NCBI RefSeq assembly: GCF_019464535.1
Contig: NZ_CP080507.1
Coordinates: 1,860,001-1,892,000 of the forward strand
Length of the DNA stretch: 32,000 nucleotides
Source: Horticoccus luteus
GTDB taxonomy: Bacteria; Verrucomicrobiota; Verrucomicrobiia; Opitutales; Opitutaceae
Direction of reading: 5' to 3'
Part shown: in pieces, positions 1-9,024 of the stretch
How positions within the stretch are numbered: position 1 is the stretch's first letter
How the letters are laid out: every line of letters starts with the position of its first letter
Program-made: the position numbers and the translations under genes
The notes under the pieces: model-generated
What the model saw: only the letters and a program-made list of their open reading frames with translations
Database searches by the model: none
Told to the model about the DNA's origin: nothing

Positions 1-267
1 GCTATGCACGACGTCCGCCCGAAATGAACGCGCCGCGCGCCAGAGAGTCAGGGTATTGCGAACAGCATGGACGGACGACTGCGAGCGGGCTCCGGACCAG
101 GGGAAAAGTCGATCAACCTCCGCCGTGGAGTCGCTGCGCGCCGCGAGTGCGACGGCATGTCCTAGGCCCCGGAGTTCACGACGCCACATGTCCACGAGAC
201 GCTCGATGCCGCCATACTGTCCCGGCGGCACTGGCAACTCTGGATCGGCCGTGAGAAGAATGCGCAT
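1..267 (-). CDS. Glycosyltransferase, GT4/GT-B type, N-terminal fragment (gene continues past the left edge)
   Basis: Absent from the ORF track because it has no stop in the window. My translation of the minus strand from ATG at 267..265 gives MRILLTADPELPVPPGQYGGIERLVDMWRRELRGLGHAVALAARSD..., open for all 89 codons to position 1. The 'PP.GGIER' N-terminus is typical of GT4 enzymes. It starts 5 nt after the upstream stop at 273. Confidence 0.7.
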   Translation of the reverse strand, partial: MRILLTADPELPVPPGQYGGIERLVDMWRRELRGLGHAVALAARSDSTAEVDRLFPWSGARSQSSVHAVRNTLTLWRAARSFRADVVHS

Positions 268-272
268 CGGGT

Positions 273-1505
273 TCAGGCGCTGCGAAGCGCGCGATCGGCG
301 AGGTCGGCGTAGAGCGGCGCCTGGCGTTCATGGGCGAAGATCGTTTCGCCAGCGCGGCGGGCGGCTTGCTTCGCGGCAACGAGACGCACGGGATCGCTGC
401 AGAAACGTTGCAACGCGGCGGTAAGCGCGACGGAGTCGCCGGCCGTGAACAATTCGCCGGCGTCGCGAGCTTGTTCGAGAATTTCGGCGTGGCCGGCGGT
501 ATCGCTGGCGACGACGGCGAGGCCGGCCTGAAGGTATTGGAAGAGCTTGTTCGTGACGGTGAGATTCCGGCTGGGGATGTGGCTCACGTCGAGGGCGAGT
601 CCGATGTCGTGCCCGGCGATGCGCGCAGGCAATTCGGCGTTGGAAACCGTGGGAGAAAAATGAACGCGTGAGCGAAGTCGCTCCGGCAGCGAGGCGGTCA
701 GGTGCGCGGCGTAGTGGCCGGGATCGTCGGCGCGAAGGTGAAGCTCCCAGTTTTCTTGAAGCGCGGGCAACGCGGCGAAAAGTGTTTCGAGGCCGCGGTC
801 GGGTCCGAGAAACAACGAGAACCAATGCAGCGAAATGCGCCTCGGATCGATGGCGGCCGTGCGAGCGGGCGGCGCGTCGGCGATCGGAAACGTGTTGTAG
901 ATGACGGCCGGTTTCGGGCCGGCGTAGGCGTTCGCGAGGGCGTCGGCCATGGCGTGGGAGGTCGCGAGCACATACGGGCCGAAGCGCAGCGCGGCCGACT
1001 CGAGTTGTGCGAGCGCGGCGAGCGGGCGGCCTGTGTGTTTGGCGGGAGGGAGATCGCGGGAAAACCAATCCTCGAAATCCATGCCGACGCGCCGGCCGGC
1101 GCGATGGAGTTGTCGCGCGGTCCATAAACCGCCCTCGGAGTGAAAAAGTGCGAGATCGGCCGTGGAATTTTTCGCGTGCGCAGCGAGCGCCGCGGTGCCG
1201 TAGCCGAAAATGTCAGCGGTGATCCGGCCGGTGCGGACGAAGAGTTCGCGGGCGAGGCGATTGCGGGCGCGGACGCGCCACCAGCGCCAGCGGCGGTGCA
1301 AGGTGTCGGGCCGGCAGTCGGCGTAGGGCGTGAATTTCCAGACGCGATTCGCGAGCAACGCTTCGTCGCGCGCGACGAGTCGCGGATCGGACCACAATCC
1401 GTGAACGGTGACGATGTGGCCGGCCGCGGCGAGGGCGTCGGCCTCCTTGCACGGTCGCGGTGCCGTGCAGAGGTGCCGCCCAACGTAAATCGCGATGCGC
1501 GCCAT
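273..1505 (-). CDS. Glycosyltransferase, GT-B fold (GT4-like)
   Basis: 410-aa ORF with ATG verified at 1505..1503. The C-terminal half (...GLALDVSHIPSRNLTVTNKLFQYLQAGLAVVASDTAGHAEIL...) resembles the nucleotide-sugar-binding Rossmann domain of GT-B enzymes. There is a 6-nt gap to the upstream GT2 on the same strand. Confidence 0.75.
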   Translation of the reverse strand: MARIAIYVGRHLCTAPRPCKEADALAAAGHIVTVHGLWSDPRLVARDEALLANRVWKFTPYADCRPDTLHRRWRWWRVRARNRLARELFVRTGRITADIFGYGTAALAAHAKNSTADLALFHSEGGLWTARQLHRAGRRVGMDFEDWFSRDLPPAKHTGRPLAALAQLESAALRFGPYVLATSHAMADALANAYAGPKPAVIYNTFPIADAPPARTAAIDPRRISLHWFSLFLGPDRGLETLFAALPALQENWELHLRADDPGHYAAHLTASLPERLRSRVHFSPTVSNAELPARIAGHDIGLALDVSHIPSRNLTVTNKLFQYLQAGLAVVASDTAGHAEILEQARDAGELFTAGDSVALTAALQRFCSDPVRLVAAKQAARRAGETIFAHERQAPLYADLADRALRSA

Positions 1506-1511
1506 GCCGGA

Positions 1512-2399
1512 TCAGGAATCTTGGCGGGTGAAAAGACGCTGTTTCAACAGTCCCCAGGTCTGCCGATCGCGGAGCAGATCGGGATGATGGCGCAGGGTGC
1601 GGAAAAAAGTGGAGAAGCTCGGCGGCGGCGTTTGATAAAAAAGATCGCGGAGGAGGGTGCGTTCGTGGCCGCGAATGATCCGTCGAAGGGCGGCCGCTGC
1701 CACGGGATCGAGCCGATTGAGAAATTTATGGGCGATGAAGAGACGCTCGTGCATGTAGCGCGGAGCGGGGTTGGCTGTTTTCTGACCCGGGTGAAAACGT
1801 TCCCGGCTCAGCGGCGCGGTGGAGAAAACCGGACGATGACCGGCGACCGCGAAACGCGCCCAGTATTCCTGATCGAAACAATAATACAGATGCTCCTCGA
1901 AGGAGCCGAGTTCCTCCGTGAGCCGCCGCCGCCAGAACGATGACGGCTGCGGAAAACGCAGGCCGGCGACCCATTGCACCGCCGTGCTCGGCGGCGAAAG
2001 GGCGGTGACGCCGGTCGGTCGGCCTTCGACATCGAGCGTTTCGGAAGACCCGCCGATCCAGGCAACATCTGGGTCGGCGAAAAGACCGGCGACATTAGCC
2101 AGCGTGTCGGGCCGGTGGAGATCGTCGCTGTTGAGGAAGCCGACGATGTCGCCGGTGCAGCGGCGTAGGCCCTTGTTCAACGCGTGAGCCTGGCCGGCGT
2201 CGCCCTCGCTGGTCCAGAAGCTGAGCCGGTCCGCGTAGCGCCTGATGATCTCGACGCTGTTATCCGTGCTGCCGCCGTCGATGACGATGTACTCCAAGTT
2301 GGGATAGTTCTGGTCGAGCACCGAACGGAGGGTCGCGTCGAGAAAATGCCCGTAGTTGTAGTTCGTCGTGACGAGGCTGATTTTGGGCAGGGCGGGCAT
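1512..2399 (-). CDS. Glycosyltransferase family 2
   Basis: 295 aa with an ATG start. ISLVTTNYNYGHFLDATLRSVLDQNYPNLEYIVIDGGSTDNS ... GFLNSDD is the classic GT-A/GT2 N-terminal domain with a DxD motif. Confidence 0.9.
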   Translation of the reverse strand: MPALPKISLVTTNYNYGHFLDATLRSVLDQNYPNLEYIVIDGGSTDNSVEIIRRYADRLSFWTSEGDAGQAHALNKGLRRCTGDIVGFLNSDDLHRPDTLANVAGLFADPDVAWIGGSSETLDVEGRPTGVTALSPPSTAVQWVAGLRFPQPSSFWRRRLTEELGSFEEHLYYCFDQEYWARFAVAGHRPVFSTAPLSRERFHPGQKTANPAPRYMHERLFIAHKFLNRLDPVAAAALRRIIRGHERTLLRDLFYQTPPPSFSTFFRTLRHHPDLLRDRQTWGLLKQRLFTRQDS

Positions 2400-2408
2400 G
2401 AAGCGAAA

Positions 2409-3179
2409 TCAGGTTTTGAGGATGACCGTCTTGAATAAAGTTTCGGACCAGTCGAGGCGTGCGCCATCGAGCGCGTAAGGCTGATAGCCGAGCGGCTGCA
2501 ATTCGATACGCACGCCGTCGACCTCTTGCGGGCTGTGCAGGCTGATGAGGAGGACCGGATGGTGGCGACCCAGAGTGCGCTGCGCGCCGCGCAAGGCGGA
2601 GGCGGCATGCCCCTCAATGTCGATCTTGATGAATTGCGGCGGGCGCCATGCCTCCTTCTCTGCGAGGGCGTCGAGGGCGACTGTCTGGATCGCCACGGTA
2701 TGCTGACCGGCGGTCGTTTCGCCCTGATAGGGCAGGTGCGAGGTTGTCGCGCCTGCGCCTTGGCTCTGGATAAGCAGCCGGTTGCCCGTGTCGTCGCTGA
2801 CCGCGCATTGAAAAATTTGTACGTGGCCGAGACGGTTCATGGTGACGTGCCGGCGCAAGCGGTCGAACGAGACCAAGTCGGGTTCGAAGGCGCAGATCTG
2901 TCCGGCCGGTCCGACGGCGCGGGCGAGCCACAGCGTATAAAAGCCGAAGTGCGCGCCCAAGTCCCAGGCGGCGCCGCCCAACGGCGGAGCGTTGCGCGCC
3001 AGTGCGGCCTGAACCTCGGGCTCATAGTCGCCGCGCCAGTAGGCCGAATGGGGCCAGAGCGTCCAGCGGTTGCCGCGCAGAAAGCCGTGGCGGATTCGCA
3101 CCGGCCAGAATTGCAGCGGCGTATGGGCGAGCAGGGATGTGAGCACAGGCCCCAGCAATCGGCGGATGGCCGAGGTCAT
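2409..3179 (-). CDS. FkbM-family SAM-dependent methyltransferase
   Basis: The track ORF 2409..3491 is over-extended: its first 104 codons are Arg/Pro-rich and overlap the upstream gene. The ATG at 3179..3177 overlaps the upstream TGA (ATGA). Motifs: WDLGAHFGFYTLWLA, ICAFEPD, FIKIDIEGHAASAL (Methyltransf_21/FkbM-like). Confidence 0.85.
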   Translation of the reverse strand: MTSAIRRLLGPVLTSLLAHTPLQFWPVRIRHGFLRGNRWTLWPHSAYWRGDYEPEVQAALARNAPPLGGAAWDLGAHFGFYTLWLARAVGPAGQICAFEPDLVSFDRLRRHVTMNRLGHVQIFQCAVSDDTGNRLLIQSQGAGATTSHLPYQGETTAGQHTVAIQTVALDALAEKEAWRPPQFIKIDIEGHAASALRGAQRTLGRHHPVLLISLHSPQEVDGVRIELQPLGYQPYALDGARLDWSETLFKTVILKT

Positions 3180-4027
3180 GAGGAAATGGGTTCGCACCAC
3201 CAATGCTCCTCGTGGTCGCGGGCGAGCACATTCCACCGGTAGTGGTGCTGGGTCAGAAAGGCGGCGACGTCCTCTGGTGTCGGGCCAAAGCGCGGCAAAG
3301 CCGGAGGATGCACGCTCAGCAACAGGGCCGGGCGAATGCGGCGAAGGAGTTCGGCAGCGCCGTTGAGGACGAGCAATTCGGCGCCCTCGACATCGCATTT
3401 CAGGAGCACCGGACCGGGAAAGGCGACGCCCGCCAGCAGGGCGTCGAGTTGGTGTTGAGGGACGGTGCGGGCGCCGGCTTCGCCAAAACACACGTATTGA
3501 CTGTGGTTGATGGCGACCTTGGGTGGGATGGCAGGAAGTTGGCGCAATGTCGTGGCAATGGCAGCTTCCAAATTCGATCCCGAGGCGTGGGTTGCCCCAA
3601 GCAACCCGTGGACACGTTTGACACGGTCGAGCGCACCTGATGGCACGACGGCGTCAAGCGCGCGCAACGACGTCAGGTCCGAATCGAAGGCGATGACTTC
3701 CACCCGCGGACAGATTTGCACGGCGAAAGACGTGACGACGCCGAACGAACAACCGATGTCGAGCAAGGTGAGGCGGCCGGGTTGCGAATCGAGCCAGCCT
3801 GCAAGTGCTTCAAACGACTCGCGTTCGTAGCCGCTCCAGTCGGGATAGTGGCTGAGGAGTGCGGCAGGAAAACGCACGGCACGCCCACCCAGCGTGATCT
3901 GGACACCGCGGCCCAGGGGGTCGAGCAGCCACTGGTAGACGGGGCGCAACCACCGCCAGAGCGCTTCCAAATTGCGGAGGCCCTGGAAGTGCCGTACTTT
4001 TTTCGCAAGAGCGTGGGCGGAGATCAT
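3176..4027 (-). CDS. FkbM-family SAM-dependent methyltransferase (tandem paralog)
   Basis: 283 aa. Motifs: LLDIGCSFGVVT, VIAFDSD, LLKCDVEGAELLVL. The ATG at 4027..4025 overlaps the upstream TGA (ATGA). Confidence 0.8.
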   Translation of the reverse strand: MISAHALAKKVRHFQGLRNLEALWRWLRPVYQWLLDPLGRGVQITLGGRAVRFPAALLSHYPDWSGYERESFEALAGWLDSQPGRLTLLDIGCSFGVVTSFAVQICPRVEVIAFDSDLTSLRALDAVVPSGALDRVKRVHGLLGATHASGSNLEAAIATTLRQLPAIPPKVAINHSQYVCFGEAGARTVPQHQLDALLAGVAFPGPVLLKCDVEGAELLVLNGAAELLRRIRPALLLSVHPPALPRFGPTPEDVAAFLTQHHYRWNVLARDHEEHWWCEPISS

Positions 4028-5022
4028 GGTTGTGATGCGACTTCGTTCAGCAATTTGAGGTAACGACGGGCAGAGCGCTCAAGCGTGAGATTCTCCATGA
4101 TGTAGTCGCGGGGCGCATAGCGTCCGGCTTGGAGGCGATCTTGGAAGACACCGAGGGCGGGGCCGAACGCCGCGTGATTGACGAACCGTTCGCCACACCG
4201 GGCATCGAAGTAGGGCACCGAGGTGGCGGCGACATGCGGGGTTCCCCAGGCGAAACGGGCGGGATCGAGCCACTCACCGGGGTCCCAGGCGAGCACGGGC
4301 ACGCCCGCAGCGAGGGCCTCCTGATAGGCGATGCCCTGGCTTTCGTGTTCGCAAATGAAGATCATCGCGCGGCAGCGGCGCAAGGCGGCGGCGTAATCCT
4401 CGGGGCGATAGTGGCCGTAAAGGATTTCCTCGAACGTGAGGCCGGCGCGGCGGAGATCGGCGCGAATCGGCTCGACCAAATCCCGGTCCATAGCGGCGTG
4501 GTTCCAGCGGATTTTGTTATAGAGGAGAAAATCGCAGGTGCGCGCGGAAGCGGACGCAGGCTGCCATGCATCCGTATCGATGCCCACGGGCCAGACGGCG
4601 CAGACCTTGTCCCCGTAATACGGTCGGTAGATGTCGATTGCCCACTGGCAGTGCTGCACGTAGCGGGCGACGGGATAATCCTGACAAAGCGTCGGCCACT
4701 CGCTCGGGTGAGTCATGAGGGCGACGCCAGCCACGATCGGATTGGGGCGATCATATCCCGCCAACGCCGGCCGATCGCGACCGATCACACCGACGCGGTC
4801 GCCGGGGCGGATTTCATGCCACGGACGGTTAAATTGAAATGGCACGCCAATCTTACGCAGGCCGGCGGCGAGGTTAAGATACACTTTGTCAATTCCGCTG
4901 GGGACGCGCGGCCCTCGTACAACACGACGGACCAATGGGCGAATCCAGCGATCCCCGGGAAGCCAGCGGTTGGCTTCCGGAGCCGTCTTGTAGTAGAGGA
5001 AGAGTCGCGGGTCGGAACTCAC
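4024..5022 (-). CDS. Putative glycosyltransferase, GT-B C-terminal domain with E-x7-E motif
   Basis: 332 aa. The start is GTG at 5022..5020, overlapping the upstream TGA (GTGA). ICEHESQGIAYQEALAAGVPVLAWD contains an E-x7-E motif typical of GT4-type enzymes. I do not recognise the N-terminal domain. Confidence 0.65.
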   Translation of the reverse strand: MSSDPRLFLYYKTAPEANRWLPGDRWIRPLVRRVVRGPRVPSGIDKVYLNLAAGLRKIGVPFQFNRPWHEIRPGDRVGVIGRDRPALAGYDRPNPIVAGVALMTHPSEWPTLCQDYPVARYVQHCQWAIDIYRPYYGDKVCAVWPVGIDTDAWQPASASARTCDFLLYNKIRWNHAAMDRDLVEPIRADLRRAGLTFEEILYGHYRPEDYAAALRRCRAMIFICEHESQGIAYQEALAAGVPVLAWDPGEWLDPARFAWGTPHVAATSVPYFDARCGERFVNHAAFGPALGVFQDRLQAGRYAPRDYIMENLTLERSARRYLKLLNEVASQP

Positions 5023-5975
5023 GAAGATAGCGGGTGCGAGAGACGATGTTGCAGCATGCGCGCGGCCCGCCAGCCGAGCAGGCGGGCGGCAAGATTGAAG
5101 CGGGTGCCGGCTCCCGGCATACGGGCGGCGGGGTCGAGTTTCTTGGCCTCAGCGAGACTGAGGCGCGTGAGCTCGCGGGCGTAGGGCCAGGCGCGGAAGG
5201 CAAACCGCAGATGATTCATCGCGCAGGCATGGCGCACGCGCGGGCTGTCTTCAATTGCCAGCGCGGCGGTTTGGATCAACCGGCACACCGCATGGGAGGA
5301 GCGCCAGGCTGCCGGTGATTTGGCATGACTGAGGCTGCCGCCGACGTGCCGCCGGTAGTAACTTCTCGCCTCGGGGCAAAAGCAGACGCCGGAACTGGCC
5401 AGCAATACGCGGCAAAAATATTCGCCGTCGTCGTCGAGCGAGAGCGTTTCATTCCACAGTCCAGCGCGTTCGGCGACGGCACGCGGGGTGAGCCACGCGG
5501 CGGGATGCATCATGCCGCCGCCATCCCAGGAGAGGACGAGCCAGTCGATCGGGGCCGCGTCGCGCCACACGGGTTCGGCGGAAAACACCGCTTCATCAGG
5601 CTGCTGGCGAAAGCCAGCCCAGGCCGCGCTCGCGACGCGCCCGACGGGCTCGCGCATGAGCCGCGTGATTTGCCGGGAGATTTTGTCCGGATGCAGCAAG
5701 TCGTCGGCATCGAGGAATTGGAAGTAATCACCACGCGCGTGGGTAATGGCCGCGTTTCGCGCGGCGGCGGCGCCCGATTGGGGCTGCCGAAAAAGCCTGA
5801 CTCCGCGGGATGCGAAGCGGGCAGCGACTTCGCTGCTCGTATCCGTTGAACCATCGTCAACTACGATCACTTCGCAGTCGGGGTGCGTCTGCGCCAAGGC
5901 AGACTCAAGCGTTTGCGCCAACCATTGAGAGGCGTTGTGGCAGGGGATGAGAATGCTGACGAGCGGTTCACTCAT
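5019..5975 (-). CDS. Glycosyltransferase family 2
   Basis: 318 aa with ATG at 5975..5973. VSILIPCHNASQWLAQTLESALAQTHPDCEVIVVDDGSTDTS ... FLDADDLL. It has an 8-nt overlap (ATGAGTGA) with the upstream gene. Confidence 0.9.
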   Translation of the reverse strand: MSEPLVSILIPCHNASQWLAQTLESALAQTHPDCEVIVVDDGSTDTSSEVAARFASRGVRLFRQPQSGAAAARNAAITHARGDYFQFLDADDLLHPDKISRQITRLMREPVGRVASAAWAGFRQQPDEAVFSAEPVWRDAAPIDWLVLSWDGGGMMHPAAWLTPRAVAERAGLWNETLSLDDDGEYFCRVLLASSGVCFCPEARSYYRRHVGGSLSHAKSPAAWRSSHAVCRLIQTAALAIEDSPRVRHACAMNHLRFAFRAWPYARELTRLSLAEAKKLDPAARMPGAGTRFNLAARLLGWRAARMLQHRLSHPLSS

Positions 5976-6984
5976 GCACGAGGGCGGCCAATTGCGCGGA
6001 GCTCAGCGTGCGAATCCGAGAATAGGGACCGCGTTGCAGGCGTCGAAAAATACGAGCGGCGGGGACCGGCCCAACCACTCGCGCGAGGCGTTGGAACCAC
6101 CGGCCACCAAGCTCCGCCAAGGGAGCACGCGGTGCGGTGCGCCAGATTGCGATGAAGTCATCGGCGGGAAAGCCGGTGAAGTTGTAGGGCAGCGCCCTCC
6201 AGGTCGCAAAGGCGCAATGGCCGACTCTCTGCCGCGCGGCGACGGTCGCCGTCGACACCGGACAAGCCGCCATGAACGAGCGCATAAGATGCAACGCTGC
6301 GAAAGCCTGTCGTTCCCACGCGCGACTGATGCGTTCGCCCGGATGATCGCCGACAATGGTCCATGCACCTGGAACGTATTTGATGCGGGCGGGCATGATC
6401 GAGAGGTGATAGTAAAACCACGTTTCCGCGATCGGGTCGTAGATCCGGTGCGCAGGAAAGAGCGGCGGGGCGATCGCCGAAATCAAATAGGTGCGACGGA
6501 AAATCGGGTTATGGGGCGCGGGTTGAATCCCGAGATAAAACTCGGCGGGCTCGTCGCACGGCGCGAGCGGTTGGTCGAGACGAAGGGCCCCCACGAGTTG
6601 GCCATGGTCCTCCAGCTCAACCCGTCCGACATCGCCATAGGTGACATCCGCGCCGGTCAGGGCTGGGAGTTGGGCAGTGAATTTTCCCGGCGCCACCAAA
6701 TCGTCGCCGTCGAGGAAGAGTACGGCCTCATGTTGGGCCAGACTCAAGCCGGTGAGACGCGCCGCCAGGAGGCCTTTGTTCTCCTGACGGTGCAAACGGA
6801 TCGGCAGGTCGGAGAATGAGGCGAGCACGCTCGCGACATCTTCGGTGGAGCCGTCATCCACGACCACAATCTCCCACTGAAGATCGGGCGTGGCGGCGGC
6901 GGCTTCGCGCAAACTCCGCAGCGGATGCACGAGCACGGCGGTGCGGTTGTAAACCGGGATGATGACCGTCAGGCTCGGCAGCAT
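5968..6984 (-). CDS. Glycosyltransferase family 2
   Basis: The track start at 7014 is a TTG. The ATG at 6984..6982 gives MLPSLTVIIPVYN... and abuts the upstream stop (TGATG). Motifs: EIVVVDDGSTED, FLDGDDLV. The start is uncertain by 10 codons. Confidence 0.85.
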   Translation of the reverse strand: MLPSLTVIIPVYNRTAVLVHPLRSLREAAAATPDLQWEIVVVDDGSTEDVASVLASFSDLPIRLHRQENKGLLAARLTGLSLAQHEAVLFLDGDDLVAPGKFTAQLPALTGADVTYGDVGRVELEDHGQLVGALRLDQPLAPCDEPAEFYLGIQPAPHNPIFRRTYLISAIAPPLFPAHRIYDPIAETWFYYHLSIMPARIKYVPGAWTIVGDHPGERISRAWERQAFAALHLMRSFMAACPVSTATVAARQRVGHCAFATWRALPYNFTGFPADDFIAIWRTAPRAPLAELGGRWFQRLARVVGPVPAARIFRRLQRGPYSRIRTLSSAQLAALVHE

Positions 6985-8012
6985 CAGCGGGAGCGGGCGA
7001 GCACTTGTCGCCAAGCGAAGTCGTAATAAAAACTACGGGAATCGTCGACGTAGTGAATGGCCGCACAATCCGCACGGCGGGCAATGTCGACTGTCGGATA
7101 GACGACGTAGTCCGCGGGGTTCAGCGGGGCGGCGCCGGCACGGGCGAGGAGAGTGGCGGTGAGCGCTTGTTCGAGGTAGTAGGTGAAACCGTATTCGGCG
7201 AGCAAGGTGGCGGCGCAGTGTTCGACGAAATCCCAATCGATGTCCGGCGTGCGCAGATGGCAGAGACCGACGTTTATTTTTTCATGCACGGGACAGCCGG
7301 CCAGACGCTCGAGGGCGGACTGCGGCACGCCATAAGCCGGAGCCACGTCCACCATGTGGACCGGGCGTCGCGCGGCCATCGCGTCAAGGAGTTGAGCCGG
7401 CCGGGCGAAGAACAACACGTCGGCATCGCTCACGAGTTTCCATTCGCCTGGAAAAAGATGGATGTCGGTGAGTTTGCGAATGTGCGGGTACGCAGGCCGA
7501 AGTTTGCGCAGGCAGGGAAACCGGGCGGCGGGAAGCACTTCGTCGAGGCGGGCGCCGATTTCGGATTTCAACGTGAACTGAGCCCGGGGAAGTTTGGCCC
7601 GCAGGAAGTCGCAATCGGCGGACGTCAGCGTGCCGTCGTCATAGAAGTGCGGCACGACAGACCGACCGCTTGCCCACGCGAGCGAATGGGCGACGAGACA
7701 GGCTTCGGGCAGGTAGCGGGCGCCAATGAGAAAATGAGCGTCAATCGGTACGGCGCTCGTAGCGCCGGGCGGCTCTGGAAGACGAAAGTCGGGCAATGCT
7801 CGCTGCATCGCGCGCCGCCCCCGCGCACCGCGCATCGTTTTCCACACGCCTTTCTTCAGGGCGCCCCGGGGGGCGAAGTAGAGCAGATAGAGAAGCCGTC
7901 CGGCCGTGAGTGGTGGCTTGCGGTACTGCGTCGTCGGCGGGGGAATCGCGGCGAGCGCGCGGGCGCGGACAAGCTCAGACAAGGGTGAGGATGGCTGATC
8001 GGCAGAGTTCAC
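6984..8012 (-). CDS. Hypothetical protein, possible GT-A-like nucleotide-sugar transferase (DxD)
   Basis: 342-aa ORF with a GTG start at 8012..8010. My codon-by-codon read shows G/C-rich third positions along the whole length. KLVSDADVLFF is a candidate DxD motif. I cannot recognise a named family. The start is uncertain. Confidence 0.5.
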   Translation of the reverse strand: MNSADQPSSPLSELVRARALAAIPPPTTQYRKPPLTAGRLLYLLYFAPRGALKKGVWKTMRGARGRRAMQRALPDFRLPEPPGATSAVPIDAHFLIGARYLPEACLVAHSLAWASGRSVVPHFYDDGTLTSADCDFLRAKLPRAQFTLKSEIGARLDEVLPAARFPCLRKLRPAYPHIRKLTDIHLFPGEWKLVSDADVLFFARPAQLLDAMAARRPVHMVDVAPAYGVPQSALERLAGCPVHEKINVGLCHLRTPDIDWDFVEHCAATLLAEYGFTYYLEQALTATLLARAGAAPLNPADYVVYPTVDIARRADCAAIHYVDDSRSFYYDFAWRQVLARSR

Positions 8013-8057
8013 AGAGGGAAAATGGAAGCCGCAGGAGTGCGGCGTGGTTGAGGCCTT

Positions 8058-8978
8058 TCATTGCACGCGGCCTTCGAAATGGCCGCGGGCGCCTTGCCAG
8101 CGGATGCGTTCGACCGGGCCAAGCCATGCGCGATGAACCCACCACATTTTCGCCACGCGCAGCGGCAGTGACCACGACGAAATCGTCGGCCACGAGTTTG
8201 CGTCGTGGAGCGCGAGAACCTGCATCCATGATTTTTGAATGCCGCGGTTCAGGCGCGCGAGATAAGTCGCGTCGAGCCGGGCGGAGGGAATCAGGTGGGT
8301 GAGGCTCAACTGGGGAAAATAGCCGACCTCCCAGCCGGCGCGGAGCGAGCAAAGCACGATGTCGTTGTCGCCGGCTGAACTGAGATCGGCGCCGCGCCGA
8401 TCGGAGAGCGCGGCCGGACGGTCGAACCACGGCTTGAGGGCGGCAGTGCGCGCGGCGAGACCGGCGCCGATCGGAGAGCACGAAGGATATTGGTTTTGCG
8501 GCGCGCCGGCGGGGCGGAGGCCGTTGGAAATAATTTCGGTGTCACCGAGATCGCGCAGCGCGAGGAGCGGAAAAAACTCTCGGCTCCACGCGGGAGGCTC
8601 GGACTCGAATTGCGGCAAAGATTTTCCACCGATGAGGCCGAGGCGGGGATGGGCGGAGAAAATCGCGAGGACGTTGGCGAGGTAGTCGGGCGCGAAGACG
8701 TTGTCGTCGTCGGCGAAGACGATGAAGGGCGTATTCGCTTCGCGAAATCCGCACCGGCGCGCCGAGGTGAGCCCGAGCTGCGGTTCGTGGACGACGCGGA
8801 GATTTGCCGGGGATACGTCAGAGTAATCGGCCGCGACGGGGAAAGTGGTCGAGGCGTTGTCGATCACGACGGTCTGCCAGCGGGCAGGGGCGAGCGTCTG
8901 CCGCCGCAATCCCTCGAGCGTGGCGCGAAAGCGGCGCAGGTCGGGATTGTGGGTCGGAATGATGACGGTGAGCTCCAT
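8058..8978 (-). CDS. Glycosyltransferase family 2
   Basis: The track start at 8996 is a GTG. The ATG at 8978..8976 gives MELTVIIPTHNPDLRRFRATLEGLRRQT... VVIDNAST ... VFADDDNV (DxD). Confidence 0.85.
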   Translation of the reverse strand: MELTVIIPTHNPDLRRFRATLEGLRRQTLAPARWQTVVIDNASTTFPVAADYSDVSPANLRVVHEPQLGLTSARRCGFREANTPFIVFADDDNVFAPDYLANVLAIFSAHPRLGLIGGKSLPQFESEPPAWSREFFPLLALRDLGDTEIISNGLRPAGAPQNQYPSCSPIGAGLAARTAALKPWFDRPAALSDRRGADLSSAGDNDIVLCSLRAGWEVGYFPQLSLTHLIPSARLDATYLARLNRGIQKSWMQVLALHDANSWPTISSWSLPLRVAKMWWVHRAWLGPVERIRWQGARGHFEGRVQ

Positions 8979-9024
8979 GGCGAGACGCGCAATCACGAGG
9001 TGGTGCGGTCGTGAATTTTTGTGC

